From: an uncultured Collinsella sp. | GTDB taxonomy: Bacteria > Actinomycetota > Coriobacteriia > Coriobacteriales > Coriobacteriaceae | Reading direction: 5' to 3' | DNA: 64,000 nucleotides | Assembly (NCBI GenBank): GCA_934621295.1 | Contig: CAKTVB010000007.1 | Coordinates: 6,494-70,493 of the forward strand | Part shown: positions 54,546 to 63,627 of the stretch, in pieces | How the letters are laid out: each line of letters opens with the position of its first letter | How positions within the stretch are numbered: the stretch's first letter is position 1 | The notes under the pieces: model-generated | Databases searched by the model: none | What the model was told of the DNA's origin: nothing | The model's input: only the letters and a program-made list of their open reading frames with translations | Position numbers and translations under genes: made by a program

Positions 54546-54760
54546 GCTTCCTCCATCTTTTAGACGCGTACCTGTTTCAGAATAGCATCTCTACGTGCGC
54601 TTTTGTTGAAAATGACCAGAAAAACCCCACATGATTGTGCAGTCAGGTAAAAGCGCGTCGGCAGGTCGGTGTGCTAGAGTATTGCCTGCTTGTGCCGATA
54701 GTTGGCGCAGCGCTCGGCAGGCGATCAAGAGCCTGCGAGATCCGTTATAGAGGAGGACCC

Positions 54761-56614
54761 ATGTCCCAAAAGATCGAACAGCTTCTGCGCGATGCCCTTG
54801 CTACCGCTATTGATGCCGGCGAGCTGCCCGCATTCGAGCTCGATGATTATGCTCTCGAGCGTCCCGCCGACACGTCGCATGGCGAGTGGACCACCACGCT
54901 TGCCATGAAGTCCGCAAAGCTCGCGCACTGCGCGCCGCGCAAGATCGCCGAGGCGATCGTGGCGCATCTCCCCGAGGATGCGTCGGTTGAGAAGGTCGAG
55001 ATCGCAGGCCCCGGCTTCATCAACTTCTATCTTTCTGCCGCTGCTAAGAACGCTGTCTTTGGCGAGGCACGCGCTCAGGGCATGGATTTCGCTCGCAGCA
55101 ACGCCGGCCAGGGCGTTAAGACCCAGGTTGAGTTTGTCTCCGCAAATCCTGTGGGCCCTATGCATATCGGCCATGGCCGCTGGGCGGCCCTTGGCGATTC
55201 GCTGTGCCGCGTGATGGAGCATGCCGGCTACGACATCGAGCGCGAGTACTACATCAATGACCACGGCAATCAGATGAACACCTTCGGAAACTCCGTTTCC
55301 ATGCGTTACATGCAGCTTGCGGATATCGTTCGCACCCGTGGTGTTGATATCGACGAGGCCCACAAGATTCTCGTTGCCGATCGCGATGCTTTTGCTGCCG
55401 ATGATGCTGACGAGCATCCCGAGACCCATCCGTATCAAAACGAGTTTGCCGAGAAACTCGGTCGCGACTCCTACGGTGGCTCCTACATCATCGACGAGGC
55501 TGCCTACTTCTATCGCACCGACGGAGACAAATGGGTGGACGCCGACGAGCATGACCGCATGATGGAGTTCCGCGAGCGTGGCTACCTGCGCATGCTCGAG
55601 GGTATCAAACAGCTTTGCCATGATGTGAACTGCGACTTTGACGTCTGGTTCTCCGAGCGTACGCTCTATATCAAGGACGGCGAGGGAGAGCTTGCCGGTA
55701 CTTCCGCCGTCGACCGCGCCTTCAAGAAGCTCGACGAGATGGGTTATCTCTACGAGAAGGAAGGCGCCCTGTGGTTCCGCTCCACCGATCTGGGCGACGA
55801 TAAGGACCGCGTTCTCATTAAGTCCGATGGCGAGTACACCTACTTTGCTTCCGACGTTGCCTATCACTGGGATAAGTTCCAGCGTGTGGACCACGTAATT
55901 GACATCTGGGGCTGCGACCACCACGGCTACATCAACCGTGTTCGCAGCGCCTGCGACGCCCTAGGCTATCCTGGACGCTTCGAGGTCCTGCTGGGCCAGC
56001 TCGTAAACCTTCTGCGCAACGGCAAGCCCGTCAAGATGTCCAAGCGCCGCGGCACCATGATCACGTTCCGCGAGCTTGTGGACGAGGTCGGCGCCGATGC
56101 CGCGCGCTATACGCTCATCTCGCGTTCCAGCAACCAAGAGATCGATTTCGATATCGAGAAGGTCAAGGCCAAGACGCAGGATAACCCCGTCTATTACGTG
56201 CAGTACGCCCACGCGCGCATCTGCTCGATTCTTCGTCGCGCTGCCGATGTGACGCCCGAGGAAGCAGAAGAGCTCGGCATGGATGCCGTTGCAGCCCGTG
56301 CCATCGGTGAAGATGTGGATTACGCTTTGCTCACCGATTCCACCGAACTGGCTCTTTCCCGCAAGCTCTCCGAGCTCTCCGAGCTCATCGCAAGCTGCGC
56401 ACGCGATCGCGCGCCCTTCCGCCTTACTCATTATGCGGAGGAACTCGCCGGCGACTTCCACAGCTTCTACGCTGCTTGCCAGGTTCTGCCGAGCGAAGGC
56501 CGTCCGGTCGATCCCGCGCTTTCGCGCGCCCGCTTGGCTGCTTGCGATGCCGTGCGCTCTGTTCTTGGGCTGGTTCTTTCCCTCGTTGGCGTCTCAGCGC
56601 CCCAGCGTATGTAA
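54761..56614 (+). CDS. argS: Arginine--tRNA ligase
   Basis: ATG 54761 lies 4 nt after AGGAGGA. HIGH-type (PMHIGHGR) and KMSK (KMSKRRG) motifs are present, and the protein ends in the typical terminal M. Confidence 0.95.
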   Translation: MSQKIEQLLRDALATAIDAGELPAFELDDYALERPADTSHGEWTTTLAMKSAKLAHCAPRKIAEAIVAHLPEDASVEKVEIAGPGFINFYLSAAAKNAVFGEARAQGMDFARSNAGQGVKTQVEFVSANPVGPMHIGHGRWAALGDSLCRVMEHAGYDIEREYYINDHGNQMNTFGNSVSMRYMQLADIVRTRGVDIDEAHKILVADRDAFAADDADEHPETHPYQNEFAEKLGRDSYGGSYIIDEAAYFYRTDGDKWVDADEHDRMMEFRERGYLRMLEGIKQLCHDVNCDFDVWFSERTLYIKDGEGELAGTSAVDRAFKKLDEMGYLYEKEGALWFRSTDLGDDKDRVLIKSDGEYTYFASDVAYHWDKFQRVDHVIDIWGCDHHGYINRVRSACDALGYPGRFEVLLGQLVNLLRNGKPVKMSKRRGTMITFRELVDEVGADAARYTLISRSSNQEIDFDIEKVKAKTQDNPVYYVQYAHARICSILRRAADVTPEEAEELGMDAVAARAIGEDVDYALLTDSTELALSRKLSELSELIASCARDRAPFRLTHYAEELAGDFHSFYAACQVLPSEGRPVDPALSRARLAACDAVRSVLGLVLSLVGVSAPQRM

Positions 56615-56681
56615 TTAAATGCTTTAGAACGCGCTATTTTTATTAACCCCCGCTAAGGCGTTTCCACAAGGGGTCTTTTGC

Positions 56682-56715
56682 AAGCCCGTCCACGAGCCGT
56701 GGACGGGCTTTTTTG
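56682..56715 (+). terminator. Rho-independent terminator after argS
   Basis: AAGCCCGTCCACG / CGTGGACGGGCTT 13-bp stem followed by TTTTT. Confidence 0.8.
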
Positions 56716-56816
56716 TGGTTAAAAGCGTTTCCGATCGCTTAAAAACCCTTTTACCACCGGGTATTTAGAGATTAAAAGCAAGTTTTCGATATACAAATAA
56801 GTGCCGACTTTATGCA

Positions 56817-56867
56817 TTAACGCGTTAACAATTGTGAAACATGCACAGGTAAACACCGGTGTTACCT
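56817..56867 (+). promoter_or_regulatory. Cluster of palindromes upstream of the glycyl-radical operon (candidate operators, one CRP/FNR-like)
   Basis: TTAACGCGTTAA (56817-56828). TGTGAAACATGCACAG (56833-56848) has TGTGA-N6-CACA spacing. AGGTAAACACC/GGTGTTACCT (56847-56867). Confidence 0.3.
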
Positions 56868-57129
56868 TGTACAGCATTTCATATACAACGGCGCTTTATT
56901 CAACTAGAGTTTATAGTTAACCAGAGTAAACCTGCGCATCGTGCTCGCACCACATACCGAACACATCCTCTGAACGACCGTTCGGCTTGCCCTTGCGCAA
57001 AGTACACGTCAGTGAACGGCGGTTCACCGCGTACTATCCCCCTAGCGATGCGGGAAGCCCGAAGGAGGGACACGAAGGCCAACCGCAACGAAGTTAGGGT
57101 CTGCACGTTTGCACACAAGGAGGTACACC

Positions 57130-59838
57130 GTGGACAAACAGACAAAGATCTTTGAGATTCTCGAGGCACGCAACAGGCAGGATAAGAGCTTGGACGTCTC
57201 CGTCGACGCCGGCTACACCGAGGAAGAGATTCCCGCTCCTAGCCCGCGTTTCGAGAAGCTCATCAACATCTACTACCAGATGAAGAACACGATCGATATG
57301 GAGATCCCGTATTGGTATAACCGTGTCTGGTGGGAGAACGAGGGCGACGTTCCTGAGATTCGTCGCGCCAAGGCTTATGGTGCTGCTCTCGCACACACCA
57401 CCCCGACCATCTGGCCGGGCGAGCTGCTCGTTATGAACAAGACCAAGAACTGGCGTGGCGCCTTCCCGTTCCCGTGGGTCGACGCTTCGTTCTTCAACGC
57501 CCAGGCTGAGGCCCTCCTCGCCGAGGCTGAGGCTCCGGCTCTGTCCGAGGCCGACCGCGTATCCGTCGTCGGCGCCGGTGGCGGCAACGTCACCGAGAGC
57601 TTCGGCAACGTCGTCTCCATCGCTCAGAAGTTCGGTCTGCGCAAGGAAGAAGTCCCCATTCTGGTGAAGATTTCCAGGTACTGGGACAACTGCTCCGTCG
57701 AGGTCATTACCCAGAAGTACTCCGAGGCCATTCCTGACTACTACAAGTACAAGGCCTATCGCGACACCGTTCTCGTTATGTTCGACTCTTGGGCCATCCC
57801 TCAGGGCCGCGAGATCATCAACTACTACATGCCTCTCGAGTACGGCTTTGACCGCATCATCGAGATGTGCGACGAGAAGATCGCCGAGATCCTCGGTTCT
57901 GCCGAGAACGGCGACGGTCTGCTGGGCATGAGCCGTGGCTACTACTACATGGCTATGAAGGAGATTACCAAGGGTCTCTCCGCTTGGGCCGACAACTACG
58001 GCAAGCGCGCCGACTCCCTCGCTGAGTGCGAGCCCGATCCTCAGCAGAAGAAGGAGTACGAGGACATCGCTGTTGTCATGCACAACATCGCTCACAAGCA
58101 GCCCTCTACCTTCCGTGAGGCCCTCCAGCTCACCTTCCTGTGCCACCTCGCCGTGGTCAACGAGGACCCGCAGTCCGGCCAGTCCATCGGTCGTCTGGGC
58201 CAGGTCCTGCAGCCCTTCTATGAGAAGGATCTCGAGGACGGTACCATCACCGAGGAAGAGGCCATCGAGCTTCTCGAGCTCTATCGCATTAAGATCACCT
58301 CGATCGAGTGCTTCGCTTCCTCCGGCGTTACCGGCGGCGTTCTGTCCGGCAACACCTTCAACAACCTCTCGCTCGGCGGCCTTGCTCGCGACGGTCTGAC
58401 TGCTGTCACCCCGGTCGACTACCTCATCGTCGAGGCCGGCACCCGCGCCCGCACCACGCAGCCGACGCTCTCCGTCCTCTATGACGAGAAGACCCCTGAA
58501 GAGTTCCTCATGAAGGCGGCTCGCTGCTGCAAGGGCGGCCAGGGCTACCCCGCATGGATGAACAACCAGTGCGGTATGAACTACATGCTGCGTCATTATC
58601 ACGACGAGGGCATGACGGTCGAGGACGCCCGCGCATGGTGCCTCGGTGGCTGCCTCGAGTCTTCGCCTGGCTGCTTCCTGCCGCTGCACTACAACGGCAA
58701 GACCACTTGGATCCCCGGCGGCGCTGCTCCGACCGCTGGCACCGGTATTCACTTCACCGGTCTGCCCAAGCTGCTCGAGCTCGTCCTCACCAACGGTGTC
58801 GACAAGCGTACCGGCATCAAGGTCTTCGAGCCGCACAACCGTGAGCTCAAGACTATGGACGACGTCTGGGATGTCTGGATGGACTACATGACCGAGCTGT
58901 GCAACATCTCGATCAAGGTCAACAACATCCAGATGGACATCTGGCGCAAGAACAACCCGCCTGTGGTCGCCTCCCTCCTGAAGCCCGATTGCTTCACCAA
59001 GGGCCAGACCCTCTCCAACATGGGTTGCCGCTACAACGGCACCATCAACTTCGAGTCCTGCGGTACCGTTACCTTCATCAACGCGATGGCGTCCCTCAAG
59101 AAGAACGTCTTCGACGAGAAGAAGTACACGCTCGACGAGATGATGGATGCCCTGGAGCACAACTTCGGCTTCAAGACCGCATTCGAGACCGGCGTCTTCT
59201 CGCCCGACCGTCGCGAGGCTACCGACGAGGCCGTGAAGTACGAGAAGATCTTCACCGACTGCATCAACGCTCCTAAGTTCGGCAATGCCGATCCTTATGT
59301 CGACGACCTCATGGTGCACTACGAGGACCTCATGACCGCGCTCATGCCGACCCTGAAGTCCTACTACGGCAAGCCGCTGTACATGTGCCAGATTTCCGTG
59401 TCCACGCACGGCCCGCAGGGCGGTATCACCCTCGCATCCGCCGACGGCCGCCTCGCTGGCGTTACCTACGCCGACGGTTCCGTCTCGCCTGCCGCCAACA
59501 CGGACAAGAACGGCATCTACGCGGTGTTCACTTCCGCTACCTGCTACGACCACTCCAGGAACCAGAACGCTCAGATGAACGTCAAGATTCACCCGAGCGC
59601 CGTGGCCGGCATCAACGGTACTCGCAAGCTGCTCGACGTCATCCGCGCTTACATGCGCAAGGGTGGCTTCCACGTCCAGTTCAACATCACGTCTTCTAAG
59701 ACGCTGCGCGAGGCCCAGAAGAAGCCTGACGATTATCGTGACCTCATGGTTCGCGTCGCTGGCTTCACCCAGTATTGGTGCGAGATCGGTAAGCCTATCC
59801 AGGACGAGGTCATCTACCGTACTGAGTACGAGATGTAG
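57130..59838 (+). CDS. hpdB: Glycyl radical enzyme, 4-hydroxyphenylacetate (arylacetate) decarboxylase large subunit type
   Basis: GTG 57130 lies 6 nt after AGGAGG, giving 902 aa. The glycyl radical motif LMVRVAGFTQYW sits 26 residues from the C-terminus, and the thiyl loop GGCLESSPG has C-x-E. It is followed by a Cys-rich ~86-aa subunit and an activase. Confidence 0.8.
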   Translation: MDKQTKIFEILEARNRQDKSLDVSVDAGYTEEEIPAPSPRFEKLINIYYQMKNTIDMEIPYWYNRVWWENEGDVPEIRRAKAYGAALAHTTPTIWPGELLVMNKTKNWRGAFPFPWVDASFFNAQAEALLAEAEAPALSEADRVSVVGAGGGNVTESFGNVVSIAQKFGLRKEEVPILVKISRYWDNCSVEVITQKYSEAIPDYYKYKAYRDTVLVMFDSWAIPQGREIINYYMPLEYGFDRIIEMCDEKIAEILGSAENGDGLLGMSRGYYYMAMKEITKGLSAWADNYGKRADSLAECEPDPQQKKEYEDIAVVMHNIAHKQPSTFREALQLTFLCHLAVVNEDPQSGQSIGRLGQVLQPFYEKDLEDGTITEEEAIELLELYRIKITSIECFASSGVTGGVLSGNTFNNLSLGGLARDGLTAVTPVDYLIVEAGTRARTTQPTLSVLYDEKTPEEFLMKAARCCKGGQGYPAWMNNQCGMNYMLRHYHDEGMTVEDARAWCLGGCLESSPGCFLPLHYNGKTTWIPGGAAPTAGTGIHFTGLPKLLELVLTNGVDKRTGIKVFEPHNRELKTMDDVWDVWMDYMTELCNISIKVNNIQMDIWRKNNPPVVASLLKPDCFTKGQTLSNMGCRYNGTINFESCGTVTFINAMASLKKNVFDEKKYTLDEMMDALEHNFGFKTAFETGVFSPDRREATDEAVKYEKIFTDCINAPKFGNADPYVDDLMVHYEDLMTALMPTLKSYYGKPLYMCQISVSTHGPQGGITLASADGRLAGVTYADGSVSPAANTDKNGIYAVFTSATCYDHSRNQNAQMNVKIHPSAVAGINGTRKLLDVIRAYMRKGGFHVQFNITSSKTLREAQKKPDDYRDLMVRVAGFTQYWCEIGKPIQDEVIYRTEYEM

Positions 59839-59861
59839 AAAACTGAGGAGTTGTATTCGAT

Positions 59862-60122
59862 ATGAAGCATTACGAGTGCAAGCATTTCCTGGCGCTGGAC
59901 TGCGAAAAGGGTATGTGCGCCGTCAGCAGGATGATCGTTCCTCTGGATGGCGAGGGCTCCGATGCCTGCCCCCACTTCGAGTGCGGCAAGCTGTGCAAGT
60001 TCTGCGCTAAGTTCCACGATGCCGATTCTCATGGCATCGGCACCTGCTCTGGTTTCGAGAAGGAGACCTGGGCATACGGTGACTGCGGCGCCTTCTCCTG
60101 CGAGAACTTCGAGAACGCGTAG
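59862..60122 (+). CDS. hpdC: Small Fe-S (gamma) subunit of the arylacetate decarboxylase
   Basis: 86 aa with 10 Cys and several His (H3, C6, C14, C19, C36, C41, C45, C48, C62, C75, C80). Its size and position between the GRE and the activase match HpdC/CsdC. Confidence 0.7.
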   Translation: MKHYECKHFLALDCEKGMCAVSRMIVPLDGEGSDACPHFECGKLCKFCAKFHDADSHGIGTCSGFEKETWAYGDCGAFSCENFENA

Positions 60123-60156
60123 TAACACGTTCTGACTTCCCTATAGCGGGATCTAG

Positions 60157-60194
60157 GTCCCGGCCGGTCTATCGCCTGGCCGGCCGGGACTTTT
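60157..60194 (+). terminator. Terminator-like hairpin inside the operon, between hpdC and hpdA
   Basis: GTCCCGGCCGG / CCGGCCGGGAC 11-bp stem followed by TTTT, 28 nt before the hpdA start. Confidence 0.4.
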
Positions 60195-60222
60195 CTATTT
60201 CTACCACGTGATCGGAGGGGCC

Positions 60223-61167
60223 ATGAGCGCCGAGCCTACAGGCATGATTTTTGATATTCAGAGTTATTCGGTGCACGATGGTCCCGGTTGCCGCACTAAC
60301 GTGTTCTTTACGGGATGCCCCTTGAAGTGCCGTTGGTGTGCCAATCCGGAGAGCTGGCGCCCCAAGCTCCAGTTCATGTTCGCTGACCGCGTGTGCAAGT
60401 GGGATCAAGGCTGCAAGGCGTGCAGGGATGCATGCCCCCACGGATCGATTCAGTTCGACGAGAACGGAAAGCCGAGCGTAGACTGGAAAATCTGCAACGA
60501 CTGCGAGACCATCGAGTGCACTACTTCGTGCGCTGCCGGTGCTCTTAAGCAGACCGTTCGCATTATGACGGTATCCGATCTTGTCAACACGCTGCGTCGC
60601 GACTACAACAACTGGGGCTCCGACGGCGGTGTCACCTTTACCGGTGGTGAGCCGCTCCTGCATCATGAGTATCTGGATGCAGTGCTTAAGGAGTGCAAGA
60701 AGCTCTCGATGCACACTGCAATCGAGACCAGCGGTTATGCAACCGAGGAAGTGTTCATGAAGATCTTCCGTCGTCTGGACTTCGCGTTCGTCGACGTCAA
60801 GAACATGGACCCCGAGGCTCACAAGTGGGGCACCGGTGTTTCCAACGAGCGCATTCTCGACAACATCCGCGCTCTCAAGCGCTCTGGATGGCCCGGCCGC
60901 CTGGTGCTGCGTCAGCCGACGATCCATGGCTTTAACGACAGCGATGAGAACGCCAAGCGTCTCATCGAGTTCATGAATGAGAACGGTCTCTACGAGATCA
61001 ACCTGCTTAAGTTCCATCGTCTGGGTCAGACCAAGTGGGAGCAGCTCGGTAAAAAGTATGAGTACTCCGACCATGGTGACATGACTCTCGAGCGTATGAG
61101 CGAGCTGCAAGATCTGTATCTCGACAACGACATTGCTTGCTACGTTGGCGATGACACTCCGTTCTAA
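60223..61167 (+). CDS. hpdA: Glycyl-radical enzyme activating enzyme (radical SAM) with ferredoxin-like insert
   Basis: The CPLKCRWC radical SAM cluster motif is present. There are two extra Cys clusters (CKWDQGCKACRDACP, CNDCETIECTTSC) and the motif GGVTFTGGEPL. Confidence 0.85.
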   Translation: MSAEPTGMIFDIQSYSVHDGPGCRTNVFFTGCPLKCRWCANPESWRPKLQFMFADRVCKWDQGCKACRDACPHGSIQFDENGKPSVDWKICNDCETIECTTSCAAGALKQTVRIMTVSDLVNTLRRDYNNWGSDGGVTFTGGEPLLHHEYLDAVLKECKKLSMHTAIETSGYATEEVFMKIFRRLDFAFVDVKNMDPEAHKWGTGVSNERILDNIRALKRSGWPGRLVLRQPTIHGFNDSDENAKRLIEFMNENGLYEINLLKFHRLGQTKWEQLGKKYEYSDHGDMTLERMSELQDLYLDNDIACYVGDDTPF

Positions 61168-61202
61168 TCAATCTCAATCGTGTAGTTGAGGAGGCGTTGA
61201 AC

Positions 61203-62138
61203 ATGGTTTTCGACGCTAACGCATATGAGGCGACGGTTCGTGATTACCATCGCCAGGGGGATATGACCGCGCTCGAGGGCTATTTGACCCAAGAGATTGC
61301 GCGTTTGCGTGAATCAGGCACGATTTGCGCCGGTGTCGCCTGCACCTGTGGCAAGGATGCCGACGCGCTCGCCGAAGAAGATGCTGCGTGGCAGCATAAT
61401 CGGGAGCAGGGCCTCATCGTCGCCCTTTCCGATTTGGCCGATCTCTACCGTTCCTCCGGCGCTTGGTACAAGTGTCTGGAGACGTACGAGGAGCTTCGTC
61501 AGTGCCTGATCGATGAAGGCCTTGAGAATACGCCTGCCTATGCAAGTGCTCTGGTCAATGCTGGGTATGCCTGCCTGGACGCAACCGATCCGGAGCGCGC
61601 TGCTCGTCTTATCGAGGAGGCCCTTAACGCTTTGGGCGATCCCGACCCTGAGGTTCCCACTGCCGTTCTGCGCGCTCGTGCTCACGATGCCCTGGCTGTT
61701 TCTTGGGCTATGCGTGGCTTTGCCGAGCAGGCCGAGCAGGCATCGGATGCTGCCGCCGAGGCGGTCTCCGTATGCTGCGCGACAGGGGAGGACTTCATCG
61801 GCGCCCTTTCCAACCACATCGCGACTCTGGCGCAGATTGGGCGTGTCGATGAGGCTGTTTCCACTGTGCACAGCGCGCTTGAATCTGGCGAGCAGACTCT
61901 GGCAGCACAGGACCGCTACACCTTGATGAATCTTCACGCGATGGTGCTCTACCGCGCCAAGCGCTTCGCCGATGCCGGCGATGCCATGGCAGAGCTCATC
62001 GACCTTGCCCGCGCTTCGAACGATTTGACGGCCCAGCTTCCGTCGATCGCCCGCAACGCGGCAACTATGTACAACCGTGCCGGCGATGCCGAGAAGGCCC
62101 AATCCTTCACCGCATTAGCCGACCAATTGGAAAGCTGA
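61203..62138 (+). CDS. TPR-like helical repeat protein encoded inside the glycyl-radical operon
   Basis: ATG 61203 lies 8 nt after GAGGAGG. The protein is Ala/Leu-rich with helical repeats, has a TGA stop, and ends 10 nt before the MFS gene. Confidence 0.55.
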   Translation: MVFDANAYEATVRDYHRQGDMTALEGYLTQEIARLRESGTICAGVACTCGKDADALAEEDAAWQHNREQGLIVALSDLADLYRSSGAWYKCLETYEELRQCLIDEGLENTPAYASALVNAGYACLDATDPERAARLIEEALNALGDPDPEVPTAVLRARAHDALAVSWAMRGFAEQAEQASDAAAEAVSVCCATGEDFIGALSNHIATLAQIGRVDEAVSTVHSALESGEQTLAAQDRYTLMNLHAMVLYRAKRFADAGDAMAELIDLARASNDLTAQLPSIARNAATMYNRAGDAEKAQSFTALADQLES

Positions 62139-62148
62139 GGTTACACTC

Positions 62149-63450
62149 ATGGCAATCTCCAAAGAGACGGCTAAAAAATATGGTACTTGTACCGTAATTG
62201 CTGCATGGCTTGCCGTTTTCTGCCTCTTTGGCTACAGGTCTTCGTTCTCCATCATGCAGACGTCGCTCGTCGACGGCATGGGCTGGACTTCGACCCAGGC
62301 CTCGCTCGGCTACTGCTTCATGATGACGTTCTACGCCATCACGGCATTCTTCAGCGGCTCGCTGATCGATAAGCGCGGCACCAAACCCACGTACATTATC
62401 GGCGCTATCTGCTGCTTCCTGGGCTTCTTCCTGACTTCCTTCATTCCCGAGGGCGTCTCCTGGTCCTTCCCGGTCTACCTGCTGAGCTATGGCGTCTTCG
62501 CCGGCGTCGGCACTGGTATGCTCTGGGTTTCTTCGACCATCTCCTGCCGTAAGTGGTACGTCGGTGCCTCTTATGGCTCCAAGTGGGGCCTCGCCTTCAT
62601 GGGCGCCCCGATGGCTCAGCTGCTGCTCACCATCGTGGTTTCCCCGGTTCTTAAGAACGCCGGTTGGTCCATGGGCATGAAGCTCCTCTCTGTGATCATG
62701 GCCGTCATGCTGCTTATCGCCGCTGCCGTTGCTAAGCCTATGCCCGACAAGATCGGTGCTCAGCCCTTCGGTCTGGATTCCCTGCCCAAGAAGGACGAGA
62801 GCGCTAAGCCTGCTCGCACTTGGACGGTCGGCGAGGCCTTTAAGACTCGCGCTCTGTGGTGCGACATCTTTGCCTTCATGTTTGCTGTCATGGGCGAGTT
62901 CCTCATCTGGTCTCAGGTCGTTCGTTTCTTCACCATCGACCTCGGCTGGACTCAGGAGTCCCTGTTCGGTATGCCTCTTGCTAACGTCGTCTACATGCTC
63001 ATCGGTTTCGCCGGCATCTTCGCTATGCCTATCACCGGTAAGATTTCGGACGCCCTCGTTGTCAAGATGGGCGTCGAGCGTCCCGCTCGTCGTCTCATGC
63101 TCGTCGTCTCCCCGCTGTTCGGTATCGCTGGCGTCCTTTGCGCACTGACCGGTAACTTCCCGATCGTCTGCCTGGGTATGGTCCTGCTGTCCGTCTACTG
63201 GGGCATTGAGCCCGGTGGCGCTGCTGGCTACGCCGGCACCGTCTTTGGCGGCGCTTCCCTCGGTAGGATCTGGGGCCTCTCCACGCTCATCATCATGGGT
63301 ATCGGTCCTTCGTTCGGTACCTTCATGGGCGCCTTCCTGTTCGACATGACCGGCACCTACACGACGTCGCTCTACTTCGGTCTGGGCGCTTACATCGTTT
63401 CCGCCATCTTCGCCATCCTGCTTCCCAATAAGATGAAGGGCGAGGAGTAA
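62149..63450 (+). CDS. MFS transporter (oxalate/formate antiporter-like subfamily)
   Basis: 433 aa with 12 TM segments and the DKRGTKP loop after TM2. It is the last gene of the GRE operon. Confidence 0.88.
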   Translation: MAISKETAKKYGTCTVIAAWLAVFCLFGYRSSFSIMQTSLVDGMGWTSTQASLGYCFMMTFYAITAFFSGSLIDKRGTKPTYIIGAICCFLGFFLTSFIPEGVSWSFPVYLLSYGVFAGVGTGMLWVSSTISCRKWYVGASYGSKWGLAFMGAPMAQLLLTIVVSPVLKNAGWSMGMKLLSVIMAVMLLIAAAVAKPMPDKIGAQPFGLDSLPKKDESAKPARTWTVGEAFKTRALWCDIFAFMFAVMGEFLIWSQVVRFFTIDLGWTQESLFGMPLANVVYMLIGFAGIFAMPITGKISDALVVKMGVERPARRLMLVVSPLFGIAGVLCALTGNFPIVCLGMVLLSVYWGIEPGGAAGYAGTVFGGASLGRIWGLSTLIIMGIGPSFGTFMGAFLFDMTGTYTTSLYFGLGAYIVSAIFAILLPNKMKGEE

Positions 63451-63506
63451 AAGTCCGGCGATCAGATGCAGAATCTGCAGTAGTTAGATCTACGAGCCTC
63501 TCTCGG

Positions 63507-63538
63507 CGCCCCTGGCCTTACGGCCGGGGGCGTTTTTT
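63507..63538 (+). terminator. Rho-independent terminator of the GRE operon
   Basis: GCGCCCCTGGCC / GGCCGGGGGCG stem followed by TTTTTT. Confidence 0.7.
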
Positions 63539-63559
63539 CTTTGTGCGGCTGCGCTCTAG

Positions 63560-63600
63560 CAAAACAAATCCGGGCGCCCGTAAGTTTCGGACGCCCGGAT
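63560..63600 (-). terminator. Rho-independent terminator of tig (minus strand)
   Basis: ATCCGGGCG / CGCCCGGAT stem. On the minus strand it is followed by TTGTTTTG. Confidence 0.6.
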
Positions 63601-63627
63601 CGGAAAGAGGACTCTTTGTCTGTTTTG

